From: an uncultured Gammaproteobacteria bacterium
GTDB taxonomy: Bacteria; Patescibacteriota; Patescibacteriia; UBA11705; DATKZF01
Assembly (NCBI GenBank): GCA_964411255.1
Contig: CAYPKD010000002.1
Span: 162,141-226,140 of the forward strand
Length of the DNA: 64,000 bases
Direction: 5' to 3'
Shown: positions 16,777 through 26,758 of the stretch, piece by piece
Position numbering within the stretch: the stretch's first letter is position 1
Layout of the letters: each line of letters opens with the position of its first letter
The notes under the pieces: model-generated
The model's input: the letters and a program-made list of their open reading frames with translations, nothing else
What the model was told of the DNA's origin: nothing
The model's database searches: none
Made by a program: the position numbers and the translations under genes

Positions 16777-17259
16777 ATGAAAAATTTTTGGAAAGCTCTT
16801 TTAGCAGTTGTTATCATGATCGTAATTGCCATGATTATTAACACTGTAATAGCTCAATTTACAATGAGTTATTATCAGGATCCAGCATATTTTAGTGTTT
16901 GGTCAAAACTAATGATGCCAGCTGAAGGTCCACCGCCAGCCAGTTTTTTCTGGTATTCAGCGCTTTTTCAATTAATTGCAGCTGCGTTCTTTGTTTTAGT
17001 GTATTATTTTGTGGGTAGTGCAGTTCCTGGAAGAAAAGCTGGTAGAGGAGTAATGTATGGAATTTTTGTTTTCTTAATTGGCAGTTTACCAGGATTTCTA
17101 TCATTGTTTTTATTAATCAATCTACCATTTGGCATTGTTTTATGGTGGCTGTTATCAGGCTTGATTATAAGCGTATTAGCAGGTTTATTTACAGCATTAC
17201 TGGTTAAGCCAAAGCATGAAGTAAAGATTATAAAAACAACTGAAGTAGAGGTTAAATAA
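16777..17259 (+). CDS. hypothetical integral membrane protein
   Basis: About 4 predicted TM segments. No recognisable domain. Confidence 0.5.
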   Translation: MKNFWKALLAVVIMIVIAMIINTVIAQFTMSYYQDPAYFSVWSKLMMPAEGPPPASFFWYSALFQLIAAAFFVLVYYFVGSAVPGRKAGRGVMYGIFVFLIGSLPGFLSLFLLINLPFGIVLWWLLSGLIISVLAGLFTALLVKPKHEVKIIKTTEVEVK

Positions 17260-17357
17260 TTTATTATACAATATTTACGAAGTAAAATCAATGTAATAAT
17301 TGACACATCTTTGCGTTTAATATATAATAAAATACTAATTAATAAGGCGCTAAATTT

Positions 17358-18035
17358 ATGCAAGAAAACAATCAAAACATGCCAGAAGATAAACAAGAAG
17401 AGTTAAAAGAAGAAAATATGGAAAAAAGCGATTCAAGCTCAAAAGCATTGGTTATTTCTTTAGTTGTAATAATCATAATTATGCTAGCTGGTGGCGGATA
17501 TTTATACTATCATTTAAGCTCAAAGATTACTGATTTAGAAACAGATTTAGATAATAAAGAGCAGAAAGTTGAAAAACAGGTTGATGATCAAAAAGACGAA
17601 GATAAGATTGAAGTAAAAGATGAAGAAGTAAAAGAACCAGAAAAAGACGAGGAAGATGAGCCAAAGGAAGAGACTGTCGAAACTAAGGAGATTAAATATT
17701 ACAATGCAGATTATGGATTTGGATTTACTTTGCCTGCAACATGGAAAGGTTATAGAGTAAAAGAGGAAGATACAAGCTGGGGAGACTTTAAAGCTAAATC
17801 ATTATATTTTGGTTTTGAAGAGCAGGAAAGTTTATTTGCAGTTTCAATATTTACCAAAGAACAATGGGATAAACTTCAAGATTCACCTGATGCTCGGCAA
17901 GTAAGTAAGCTAGGTGAAAATTCAAAGTATGTTTTTTCCTGGTCTCATTCTCAGTATTTAGAAAATGATGAAATGGAAAAAAGAGCAAGCGAAATTCAGG
18001 ACATAATTAAAACTTTTTATACAGATGCTAAATAA
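17358..18035 (+). CDS. hypothetical membrane-anchored acidic protein
   Basis: TM segment LVISLVVIIIIMLAGGG followed by a Glu/Lys/Asp-rich linker and a C-terminal domain. Confidence 0.5.
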   Translation: MQENNQNMPEDKQEELKEENMEKSDSSSKALVISLVVIIIIMLAGGGYLYYHLSSKITDLETDLDNKEQKVEKQVDDQKDEDKIEVKDEEVKEPEKDEEDEPKEETVETKEIKYYNADYGFGFTLPATWKGYRVKEEDTSWGDFKAKSLYFGFEEQESLFAVSIFTKEQWDKLQDSPDARQVSKLGENSKYVFSWSHSQYLENDEMEKRASEIQDIIKTFYTDAK

Positions 18036-18042
18036 GATTTTA

Positions 18043-18075
18043 TAAAGAAATCCTCGCATAAAGCGGGGATTTTTT
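18043..18075 (+). terminator. rho-independent terminator
   Basis: AATCCTCGC-ATAAA-GCGGGGATT plus TTTTTTGTT. Confidence 0.55.
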
Positions 18076-18146
18076 GTTACGCAAAAAAGCAAAAGATAAA
18101 TAAAAATATTTTCAAACGCAAAAATCAAACTGCTTCATGTTATATG

Positions 18147-18174
18147 TTACAAGCTATATGATTTATGATATAAT
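18147..18174 (+). promoter_or_regulatory. promoter TTACAA-16-TATAAT for hydrogenase operon
   Basis: TTACAA at 18147-18152 and TATAAT at 18169-18174, about 10 nt before the ATG at 18184. Confidence 0.5.
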
Positions 18175-18183
18175 AAGATAGAT

Positions 18184-19155
18184 ATGAACAAACAAAAACT
18201 AATGAAACTTTTGGGAAAATTAATGGAAGAAAATGTTTTATTTGGACCGACCAAAGAGGAAGAGATCGTAATCAGACAAATCAGAGATTTAAAACAAATT
18301 GACTGGAGTTTTCAGATCCCAAAGCAAAGCTTTAAGCATTTATTGCTTCCGGCAAGGGAAAGATTGCTTGAACAAAAAGGTGCTCAACTAAAGGAGGTTT
18401 TTGATATTAAATCTCAGGTTATTTTTGGCGTAAATATTTTAGATTTGCAGGCATTAACGTATTTAGAAACAATTTTTAGCGAAGATCCATATTTTCAAAA
18501 ACGAAAAGCAAAAACTATTGTAATTGGCTATAGTTCTGGGATTCCTGAAGATTATAGAAAATATAAAATATTTCATGAAAAGTATCGTGAAGATAAGCTT
18601 GAACACATGATGTTTGATATTTTTATAGAAGAGCAAAAGAATAAAAATTTAAAAGTATTTTCTGGTTCAGAAAAAGGGCAAAAGGTTTTAGATAAAAATG
18701 GCATTAAAGACTATGTAAATATTGAATATGCTGGTCCGATTAGAGAGGAAGGTCCAGATCCGGATTTCGTTTTAAAAAATAAACAAGCAATTGAAAAAGT
18801 AACAGCCAAATCAAAAGTTTTTAAAGACATTGGCAATATATGTATAGCCTGTGGCAAGTGCTCATTAGCATGTCCTTTATGCTTTTGTTTTGAGCATGAA
18901 GATGTAAAAGACGGGGATAAAATAACTAGAGAGAGAAGATGGTCAACCTGCTTTTTCCCTGAATTTACAAAGATTACCGGCGGAGAAAATGATATGAAAG
19001 ATGCAGCACAAAAACTTTATTATTGGTATTATCATAAATTTGTGCGAATGACAGATGAATATAAGTTCCCAGGTTGCGTCAGCTGTATGAGATGTTATAA
19101 AGTGTGTCCGGCTGGAATTAATATTGCTAAGAACTTAAAAAACTTAAAAACATGA
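18184..19155 (+). CDS. hydB: [NiFe] hydrogenase group 3b-like beta subunit (4Fe-4S ferredoxin-type)
   Basis: CIACGKCSLACPLCFC and CVSCMRCYKVCPAG Fe-S motifs. Overlaps the next gene by 4 nt (ATGA). Confidence 0.6.
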   Translation: MNKQKLMKLLGKLMEENVLFGPTKEEEIVIRQIRDLKQIDWSFQIPKQSFKHLLLPARERLLEQKGAQLKEVFDIKSQVIFGVNILDLQALTYLETIFSEDPYFQKRKAKTIVIGYSSGIPEDYRKYKIFHEKYREDKLEHMMFDIFIEEQKNKNLKVFSGSEKGQKVLDKNGIKDYVNIEYAGPIREEGPDPDFVLKNKQAIEKVTAKSKVFKDIGNICIACGKCSLACPLCFCFEHEDVKDGDKITRERRWSTCFFPEFTKITGGENDMKDAAQKLYYWYYHKFVRMTDEYKFPGCVSCMRCYKVCPAGINIAKNLKNLKT

Positions 19156-19958
19156 GGAATCCATATAAAGTAGACAAAGCAAAGATTATAAAAAAAGAAA
19201 AGCAAAATGATATTACATATTTGTTTCGTTTGAAATTATCATCTGTTTTGCAGAAAAATTTTGAATTTCTTCCAGGTCAATTTATGCAGGTGGGATTAAT
19301 GGGATTTCGTGAAGCACCAATTAGTATCAGCTCAGATCCAAAAGATTCAAAAAAATATATTGAGCTAACAATTCGCGGAGTTGGCAGGATAACCAATAAA
19401 CTTATTAGTTTAAAAACTGGAGATGAAATGCTTATCCGCGGTCCATTTGGCAATGGATTTCCAGAAGTAAAAGACAAGAATTTAATTTTAATTGGCGGTG
19501 GATGCGGCTTTGTACCTTTGCGATCTGTGATTGAAGCTTATGGAAATGATAAAAAGATTAAAATGCAAATACTGATTGGCTGCAAAGATAAAAATACATT
19601 ATTTTTCAAAAAAAGTTTTAACCAATGGAAAAAAAAGCATGATTTTAATTTAATTTTAGAAAAAGGTAAGTTGCCTGGTTTTGCAAAAAAATCTGGTTTT
19701 GTCACTGATTTGCTGGATCAGCCTTTGCTTGAAAATTCATTGATTTTTATAGTAGGACCTCCAGTTATGTATAAACATGTGGTCCAAATACTTTTACAGA
19801 AAAAAATAAAACCAGAGGATATTTATTTAAGTTTAGAAAAAAGAATGTATTGCGGCCAAGGAGTATGTCAGCATTGCGCTATTGGTACAAAATATATTTG
19901 CAAAGATGGCCCGGTATTTTCTTATAGAGAGCTAAACAATATGTTATATAGTTTATAG
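19152..19958 (+). CDS. hydG: [NiFe] hydrogenase group 3b-like gamma subunit (FAD/NAD-binding oxidoreductase with 2Fe-2S)
   Basis: RGPFGNGF and LIGGGCGFVP motifs. C-terminal CGQGVCQHCA cluster. Confidence 0.65.
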   Translation: MRNPYKVDKAKIIKKEKQNDITYLFRLKLSSVLQKNFEFLPGQFMQVGLMGFREAPISISSDPKDSKKYIELTIRGVGRITNKLISLKTGDEMLIRGPFGNGFPEVKDKNLILIGGGCGFVPLRSVIEAYGNDKKIKMQILIGCKDKNTLFFKKSFNQWKKKHDFNLILEKGKLPGFAKKSGFVTDLLDQPLLENSLIFIVGPPVMYKHVVQILLQKKIKPEDIYLSLEKRMYCGQGVCQHCAIGTKYICKDGPVFSYRELNNMLYSL

Positions 19959-20000
19959 ACGCTACATGATTTTACAGATTTGCTACAAGATATTACAGAT

Positions 20001-20438
20001 ATGACAAAATACATTTATGAGAATTTAACGTATGATTTGATTGGTATATTTTATGAAGTTTATAATTGCTTGGGTCATGGTTATAAAGAAAGAACATATT
20101 GTAATGCAATCATGAAACTTTTACGGAAAAATAATTTGGATTTTGCATATCAATTTAAAGTGCCGGTAAAGATAAGAGATGAAATAGTATGTAAAAGGTA
20201 TTTAGACTTTTTAATAGATGATAAAGTGATAGTTGAGATTAAAGTAGGTAATAAAAGCTCAGGAAGAGATTTTAAGCAAATAAAAGAATATTTAAATTTA
20301 TCTGGATATAAACTTGGACTTTTAGTATTATTTCGAGATAAAGATGTTAAAATATATCGTATTGCCAATTTATACAAAACTGAGATCCGTATCATCTGTA
20401 GCAGATCTGTGGATCTCGTAGTAACATTATGCAAGTAG
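20001..20438 (+). CDS. GxxExxY protein (PD-(D/E)xK-like, TIGR04256-type small cassette protein)
   Basis: GYKERTY (G-x-x-E-x-x-Y) and DFLIDDKVIVEIK. Hairpin-rich flanks. Inserted between hydrogenase genes. Confidence 0.55.
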   Translation: MTKYIYENLTYDLIGIFYEVYNCLGHGYKERTYCNAIMKLLRKNNLDFAYQFKVPVKIRDEIVCKRYLDFLIDDKVIVEIKVGNKSSGRDFKQIKEYLNLSGYKLGLLVLFRDKDVKIYRIANLYKTEIRIICSRSVDLVVTLCK

Positions 20439-20956
20439 TTCACGAAGAAACACAAAAATTTAGTTTAATGATGGGCTTATTAGTTTTAGGTTCAATGGTT
20501 ATTATTGGCGCATATTTAGTCATTCAATGGCAAAAAGGAGTATTATCAGAACTTTCCACCTGGCCGTATATATTTTTAGGATTGATTTTGATTTTAGATA
20601 TATTTTTTATTGCAAATTTTTATCAATTGAAAATTATTTTAACAAATGATCGTTTAATATTTGGATTTGGAATTCTGCGAAGAAAAATAAAACTTTCAGA
20701 TATCAAAGAGATAACCTTAGAAAAATTTGATTTTCAGCGCTATATGGGTTATGGAGTGAGAACAGGAAGAGATAAATCAATTGGCTATGTGGCAAGAAAT
20801 TCCGATGGTATTCGGTTAAAAGTGGCAAATCAAAAAGACTTTTTTATTACCTCTGATGATGCGTCCAGATTAAAATCCATGATTGAATCACAATTAGGCG
20901 GATCAAAATCATATGAAAAAGAACCAAATATTGGAATCAGCTTTGAAGCTGAATGA
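20429..20956 (+). CDS. membrane protein with bacterial PH-like (DUF304-like) domain
   Basis: Two TM segments followed by LTNDRLIFGFGILRRKIKLSDIKEI. The start may instead be the internal Met at 20468. Confidence 0.45.
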   Translation: MQVVHEETQKFSLMMGLLVLGSMVIIGAYLVIQWQKGVLSELSTWPYIFLGLILILDIFFIANFYQLKIILTNDRLIFGFGILRRKIKLSDIKEITLEKFDFQRYMGYGVRTGRDKSIGYVARNSDGIRLKVANQKDFFITSDDASRLKSMIESQLGGSKSYEKEPNIGISFEAE

Positions 20957-20959
20957 TTT

Positions 20960-21703
20960 ATGAGTAAAAAGAAATTACAAGTAGGAATTTTATCAATGAC
21001 ATCTTGCGAGGGATGCTGCTTTGCTTTACTAGATGCAACGGAAAAGTATTTAGAATTGTTTAAAGAAGTTGATTTTTCTTTTTTTCGATTATGGAAGCCA
21101 GAAGAAAATATAGCATTGAAAAAATTTGATATTTGTTTTGTAGAGGGTAGTCCAATTACTAAGCATAATATTGAGCAGCTAAAAACAGCCAGGCAAAACA
21201 GCAAAATTTTAGCCAGCTTTGGAACATGTGCGCATTTGGGCGGTATTTATCATTTGAAAAATTATTATAATAAGGACGAAATTATAAAAGAAGTATATAC
21301 AGAAACAAAAGGCATTGATAATCCATATGTATATCCAGCAAGTCATTATGTGAAAATAGATTTTGATGTACCAGCATGTCCAATTGATGCTAAAGAATTT
21401 TTTAGGATGATTAATGAAATAATTATTGGACGCTTGCCAAAAATTCCACAGCATACTGTATGTTATGATTGCCAGAAAAATGGATATCAGTGCGTTTTGC
21501 AAAAAGGCGAAATTTGTTTAGGTCCAATTACCCAAACTGGCTGCAATGCGATTTGCTTGAAAAGTAAACAGGGCTGCTGGGGTTGCAGGGGATTGATAAA
21601 AGATGCAGAAGTTGAGAACCTTACAAAATTATTGAAAAAGAAACATACGACAAAGGAAATTAAAGACGCTCTGGAAATTTTTGGGATTAGGGATTTTATT
21701 TAA
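20960..21703 (+). CDS. hydD: [NiFe] hydrogenase small (delta) subunit
   Basis: N-terminal Cys motif SMTSCEGCC, later GTCAHLGG and ACPIDAKEFF. Confidence 0.7.
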   Translation: MSKKKLQVGILSMTSCEGCCFALLDATEKYLELFKEVDFSFFRLWKPEENIALKKFDICFVEGSPITKHNIEQLKTARQNSKILASFGTCAHLGGIYHLKNYYNKDEIIKEVYTETKGIDNPYVYPASHYVKIDFDVPACPIDAKEFFRMINEIIIGRLPKIPQHTVCYDCQKNGYQCVLQKGEICLGPITQTGCNAICLKSKQGCWGCRGLIKDAEVENLTKLLKKKHTTKEIKDALEIFGIRDFI

Positions 21704-23139
21704 AATAAAACGACTGGAAACCTGTTAGAATCCAGCCGTGATATTTAAGGCGTGCCCCAAGTACAAGGATTTGGAGGCCCAGCCTTACTTTCCGGCCAAG
21801 GAAAGAGGCCAAAAAAGTACTTGGAGCACATAGATGCCCAAGGCGCAGAAAGTTTTATAACCAGGAATTCTATCAGAATTCTGATGGTTGTTGACCTGGT
21901 ATAATCAAACCGCACCTTGGGACAATGCTGCTGTATGCAGCAAATTAAGTTTATTAAAAATTTGTATTTCAGTCAAGTATTTAAAAATTAAAGACTGAGC
22001 ACTCGTTGAGACTCAGTCTTTATAGTTGTTTAGGAGGTAATCTGAAGAATATTGTTGAACCCATTTCCTCAGACTGCGATGCATAATTAAAATTAATAAG
22101 TGAGCCTACATATTAGCTTTATTTGCCACATTACCTATGCATTAACAAAATTGGCAAAGCTAGCTTAGGCCTCGTAGCTTCAGAGTGGTTCTGAAGCCGA
22201 ACCTGACCCTCCTCGATCAGTTCAGATTCTACATTTTTACTTTCCATGTTGAAAGTGCTGGGTTCAGAGCATGTAGATTATCATAATAATATAGCATAGT
22301 TTTTAAATAAAGTCAATAGATTAAATTTATACAAAATTAAAAGCTGAAAGTATGACTTTCAGCAAGTAAATAAGAAGGGGGAAGAGGTTGCACAGAAAAG
22401 AGATTTTGCCCACTTTTCTGTACTATGTTTCATAGATTCCGGGTAAAAATTTGTGAAGACCAGCAAAGATCAGCAAAACATTACAGACATTTTATTGCGG
22501 CCACTACTTAAACCCTGGGCGGCATTAAAAGGTTTTGTAGCTATACTGAAATGCTGAGCTAACCCTCTAAAATTAGCTCCTTCCTGTGTTCATCTGGGCA
22601 TGAGTAATAGAAAACAGGATCATATATATTTTATCATAATGTGATAAAAATGTCAAGTATTAGTTTTTTAAAAAAGAAAGACTGAGAACTCATGGAGTCT
22701 CAGTCTGTCAACGTTTTTGGAGGTGTTCAGAAAAATTGTGAGCCCTGGTCTTCTGAACGAGGTTTTTAATTAATTTAAAATTAATTATAGTTGAGCTATT
22801 ACTGCACCTTCCTGACCCTTCATATAAAAAATTTTTTTTACGCATGATTCATTTATAGATCACACGCACGAGAAAGGGGTGGGGCAGGCAGATGCAAAGC
22901 TCGTAGCTGTTTCTGCAGAACTGCTGCAGATTCAGCCTGCTGGTCCTCCAAACCAGCTGATCCATTCTCCTTTGGATGTCCAAATTTAGAGGCACCCAGG
23001 GCTCAAGGAGATTATCATGGATCATGTTACATATATAGTATAGCATATATTTCAATAAAAGTCAATATGTATTATAAAAAATTAGCTAATTTTAGCTAAA
23101 ATTTACAAAAAATATTATTGCTTAGATATTAAATAAAAT
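21704..23139. repeat. 1.4-kb ORF-free, hairpin-dense region of diverged tandem repeats inside the hydrogenase operon
   Basis: Two homologous units of about 680 bp begin GTCAAGTATT (21972 and 22653). Each carries a conserved stem AGACTGAG(A)/(T)CTCAGTCT (21990-22022 and 22678-22709) whose loops differ. Further hairpins at 21757/21817, 22183-22203 and 22342-22365. GC-rich islands. Confidence 0.6.
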
Positions 23140-24402
23140 ATGAAAACAATAAAAATAAACCATATTGCTAAAACTGAAGGTCACATGAGTTTTATAGGCT
23201 CATTGCTTGAGGGTGATATTGCAAAAGCCAAACTGGAAACTGAAGAAGGTGCTAGACTGTTTGAAGGCATGGTCATTGGCCGGCCATATTATCAAATGCC
23301 AGTAATTGTAGCCAGAATCTGCGGTGTTTGCCCGATTGTTCACAATTTAGCTTCGGTTAAAGCAATAGAAAATGCTTTTAATGTCAAAGTGAGTAAAGAA
23401 GTTATTTTACTTCGAAAAATATTGGAATTTGTTCAGATAATTCATAGCCATACTTTGCACATGTTCTTTTTGTCTTTTCCTGATTTGGTTGGAGTTTCAA
23501 ATAATACAGATATTGTAAAAAAATATCCAAAGCAGTCGAAGATTGCATTGGAAGTCAGGGATTGGGCTGTGCAAATGGCAAAGCTTATTGGCGGCAGAAC
23601 TGTGCATCCGATCAATAGTGTAGTCGGTGGATTTAATGTTTTGCCAGATGAAGAAAAGCTAGCTTTATATTTAAAACAAATTCCAAAACAGGTAAAGCTA
23701 TCGGTTAAACTTTTTGACTTTTTAAAAAATCATAAAATTCCAAAGTTTTCAAACCCTTCAAATTATTTGGCTTTAAAAACGAAAAATGAATATGCTATTT
23801 ATGATGGCAAAGTATATTTTTTGGATAATAAAAAAACACAGGATTCAAAAATGTTTTATTCAGACGTCGCTGAAGAAAGCTTGCCATATCAGACAGTGAA
23901 ACGTGCTTATCATTTTGATCAGCCAATGATGTGCGGCGCTTTGGCCAGAATAAATTGTAATTGTAATCAATTAAATAAAGTGGCAAAGAAAAACTGGAAA
24001 GAACTTAGAGTGAAAATGCCAGATTATAATCCATTTCATAATATTTTAGCTCAAGCAGTAGAAGTTATACATTGCTATGAAGAATGTGATAAATTAATTT
24101 CTCAATATATGAGAATCAAAGATAAAAATATACAAGCTAAATATAAAGTAAAAGAGGGAAGAGGGATTGGAGTGATTGAAGCGCCGCGGGGTCTTTTGTT
24201 TCATGAATATAAATTTGATAAGCAAGGATTAATGAAGGAATGCAATATTTTAACGCCAACATCCTTGTTTATTGCTAATTTAGAAAAAGATTTAGAACAA
24301 TATTTACCAACATTAAACAATTTAACAGATGAGAAAAGAGATTTAATGATAAAAACATTGATCAGGGCGTATGACCCTTGTGTTTCCTGCGCCACTCATT
24401 AG
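23140..24402 (+). CDS. hydA: [NiFe] hydrogenase large (alpha) subunit
   Basis: N-terminal RICGVCPIVH (RxCGxCxxxH). C-terminal DPCVSCATH is the very end of the protein, so there is no C-terminal extension. Confidence 0.85.
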   Translation: MKTIKINHIAKTEGHMSFIGSLLEGDIAKAKLETEEGARLFEGMVIGRPYYQMPVIVARICGVCPIVHNLASVKAIENAFNVKVSKEVILLRKILEFVQIIHSHTLHMFFLSFPDLVGVSNNTDIVKKYPKQSKIALEVRDWAVQMAKLIGGRTVHPINSVVGGFNVLPDEEKLALYLKQIPKQVKLSVKLFDFLKNHKIPKFSNPSNYLALKTKNEYAIYDGKVYFLDNKKTQDSKMFYSDVAEESLPYQTVKRAYHFDQPMMCGALARINCNCNQLNKVAKKNWKELRVKMPDYNPFHNILAQAVEVIHCYEECDKLISQYMRIKDKNIQAKYKVKEGRGIGVIEAPRGLLFHEYKFDKQGLMKECNILTPTSLFIANLEKDLEQYLPTLNNLTDEKRDLMIKTLIRAYDPCVSCATH

Positions 24403-24408
24403 TAAAAT

Positions 24409-24669
24409 ATGCACGATCTTCATTTAGCAGATAAAATTCATAAGCTAGTTCTTGAAAAGGCAAAAGAAAACAATTGCCAAAAGGTAAGTGAGATTGTGGT
24501 TGAACTGGGTTTTATTAAAGAGCACGGCGAGGATATTTTGCCTGAAAATTTAAAATATAATTTAGAATTATTAAATAAAAAAACAATTGCTGAGAATGCT
24601 AAAATTCAAATTAAAAAAGTTGACGGAAAAGAAAATTATTGGAGTCTTCGGGAGATTAGAGCAGAGTAA
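24409..24669 (+). CDS. HypA-like hydrogenase maturation factor, N-terminal domain only (no zinc finger)
   Basis: Begins MHDLHLADKIHKLVLEKAKENNCQKVSEIVVELG, like the HypA N-terminus (MHE.S/L...). The C-terminal CxxC pairs are absent. Confidence 0.35.
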   Translation: MHDLHLADKIHKLVLEKAKENNCQKVSEIVVELGFIKEHGEDILPENLKYNLELLNKKTIAENAKIQIKKVDGKENYWSLREIRAE

Positions 24670-24692
24670 AGAAATTTGTTATAATTATATAT

Positions 24693-25904
24693 ATGAATAC
24701 AAAAATACCATCCGTAGATAAAATTTCTGATTTTAACGGACGAATAGTTTTAGTTCGGGTTGATTTTAATGTGCCAATTGAAAAGGGCAGAGTGACTGAA
24801 AATTTTCGGTTAAAGGCAGCTTTGCCAACTATAAAACATATTGCAAAAAATAATGGCCGAGTAATTTTAATCAGTCACCTGGGCAGGCCTGGCGGCAGGT
24901 ATAATAGAAAATTTTCTTTGCAGCCTGTGTATTTGGAATTAAGAAAATTACTGACAAATTATAAATTAGAGTTTTGGCATGAGAAAATTAAAAACATTAC
25001 GAAAAAGCAGCTGAGTTCAATTGAAGTTGGTGATATTATTTTATTGGAAAATTTAAGATTTTATGAGGGAGAAGATAAAAACCATGTCAGCTTTGGAAAA
25101 AAACTCGGGTCATTAGCCGATTTTTATATAAACGAAGCTTTTTCTTTCTCACATCGAAAGGCTGCGTCAATTGATAGTGTACCAAATTTTTTACCATCAT
25201 ATGTTGGATTTAAATTTATTGAAGAGATTGAATATTTAAGTAAGCTAATAAAACCGAAAAAGCCGGCAGTTGGAATTTTAGGAGGCATAAAAGTAGAGAC
25301 CAAACTGCCATTAATGGAAAAGTTGTTGCCAATTTATGATAAAATTCTAGTTGGTGGTGTGGCGGCCAATGTGTTTTTTGCTTCTCAGGGTTATGAGGTC
25401 GGCAGTTCATTGCTTGATCATGGACATCTTGAAGAATCAAAGGAGTTGCTCAAAAAATTTGAAAAGAAAATTGTTCTGCCAAAAGATGTGATAATAAGCG
25501 GGGATATTGATTCAATAAACATTACCAGAAGCATTAATAAGGATAAAGATATTGTTTATAGAAAAAATCAAATGATTTTAGATATTGGCCCAAAAACCAT
25601 AAAGCTTTTTTCAAAATATATAAATAAAGCAAATACGATTGTCTGGAATGGCCCAATGGGAAAGATGGAAGATATCAGATTTAGAAAAGGAACATCTGAG
25701 TTGGCAAAGCTCATTGCCAAAAGATCCAAAGGAAAAGCATTTGGCGCAGTCGGCGGAGGAGAAACTATTGACGCTCTCAGTCGTATAAATATGTTGAAGG
25801 ATATGGATTTTGTTTCCACTGGCGGCGGAGCAATGCTGGATTATTTAACTGATCCGAAAAAGTTTGCCGGATTAGCTGCTATTTTGAGAAAGAAAAAAAG
25901 ATAA
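24693..25904 (+). CDS. pgk: phosphoglycerate kinase
   Basis: RVDFNVPIE, ISHLGRPGG and the C-terminal glycine-rich motifs. Confidence 0.9.
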   Translation: MNTKIPSVDKISDFNGRIVLVRVDFNVPIEKGRVTENFRLKAALPTIKHIAKNNGRVILISHLGRPGGRYNRKFSLQPVYLELRKLLTNYKLEFWHEKIKNITKKQLSSIEVGDIILLENLRFYEGEDKNHVSFGKKLGSLADFYINEAFSFSHRKAASIDSVPNFLPSYVGFKFIEEIEYLSKLIKPKKPAVGILGGIKVETKLPLMEKLLPIYDKILVGGVAANVFFASQGYEVGSSLLDHGHLEESKELLKKFEKKIVLPKDVIISGDIDSINITRSINKDKDIVYRKNQMILDIGPKTIKLFSKYINKANTIVWNGPMGKMEDIRFRKGTSELAKLIAKRSKGKAFGAVGGGETIDALSRINMLKDMDFVSTGGGAMLDYLTDPKKFAGLAAILRKKKR

Positions 25905-25925
25905 ATACTAATAAAAATTAAATTT

Positions 25926-26708
25926 ATGAAAGATTCATTATGGCCATCATGGTCTGAAAACAAATTATTTACAATCTTAGTTTCACTTTTATTAATCGTA
26001 CTGATAGGTTTTGTAGGATTTGGCGTAGCATTTAAAGTTAAATCATTTGACTACATTGGAGTTTCTCCGGAAAAACCAAACACAATTCAGGTTACAGGGA
26101 TTGGTAAGGTTGTAGCTGTACCTGATATTGCAAAAGTAACCTTAGGCACTGAAGCAACTGAAAAAGACGTAGCAACAGCGCAGAACAAAGTAACAAAAGA
26201 CATTAATAAATTGATTGAAGAACTTAAAGATGAGTTTGATATTGATGAAAAAGATATCAAGACGGTGAATTATAATATTCATCAGGATTATGACTGGGAT
26301 AACGGTAAGAAAGTTTTAAGAGGATATCGGGTGTCACAAAATGTTGAAGTGAAAATAAGAGAAACTGATAAAGCTGGCCAGGTAGTAGCGCTGGCTGGTG
26401 AAATTGGATTGAAAACCGTCAGTGGCCTGCAATTTACAATTGATGATCCTGAAGAATATAAACAAGATGCTAGAGAGCAGGCAATGGAAAATGCAAAGGA
26501 AAAAGCTGAGGAGTTGGCAGATATTGCCGGAGTAAAATTAGGCAAGATTGTTTCATTTTCCGAAGGTCAGGCAGCGCCTGAAGTAATGTATTCCAGGGCA
26601 TTTGCAGATGAGGCAATTGGTTTTGGAGGAGAAATGGAAGTGCCGGAAATTGAAGTTGGGTCTCAGGAAATCCAGGTGATTGCTACTGTAGAATACGAAA
26701 TATTGTGA
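25926..26708 (+). CDS. SIMPL-domain (DUF541/YggE-like) periplasmic protein
   Basis: N-terminal TM anchor. Repeat-like segments typical of SIMPL. Confidence 0.5.
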   Translation: MKDSLWPSWSENKLFTILVSLLLIVLIGFVGFGVAFKVKSFDYIGVSPEKPNTIQVTGIGKVVAVPDIAKVTLGTEATEKDVATAQNKVTKDINKLIEELKDEFDIDEKDIKTVNYNIHQDYDWDNGKKVLRGYRVSQNVEVKIRETDKAGQVVALAGEIGLKTVSGLQFTIDDPEEYKQDAREQAMENAKEKAEELADIAGVKLGKIVSFSEGQAAPEVMYSRAFADEAIGFGGEMEVPEIEVGSQEIQVIATVEYEIL

Positions 26709-26758
26709 TTAAAAATAAAATGATTTTGATTTGATTACAAATAATTACAAATATTTTT

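Noticed and set aside
21990-22110. Possible small peptide (about 14-16 aa) after GGAGG in each hydrogenase-insert repeat unit, as in a type I toxin
   Set aside because: The two units do not preserve a common reading frame or stop position, and the nucleotide similarity explains the amino-acid similarity. Treated as noncoding.
22849-23055. 68-aa minus-strand ORF inside the 1.4-kb hydrogenase insert
   Set aside because: It lies across GC-rich hairpin islands and repeat units. There is no RBS, and the duplicated unit does not preserve the frame.
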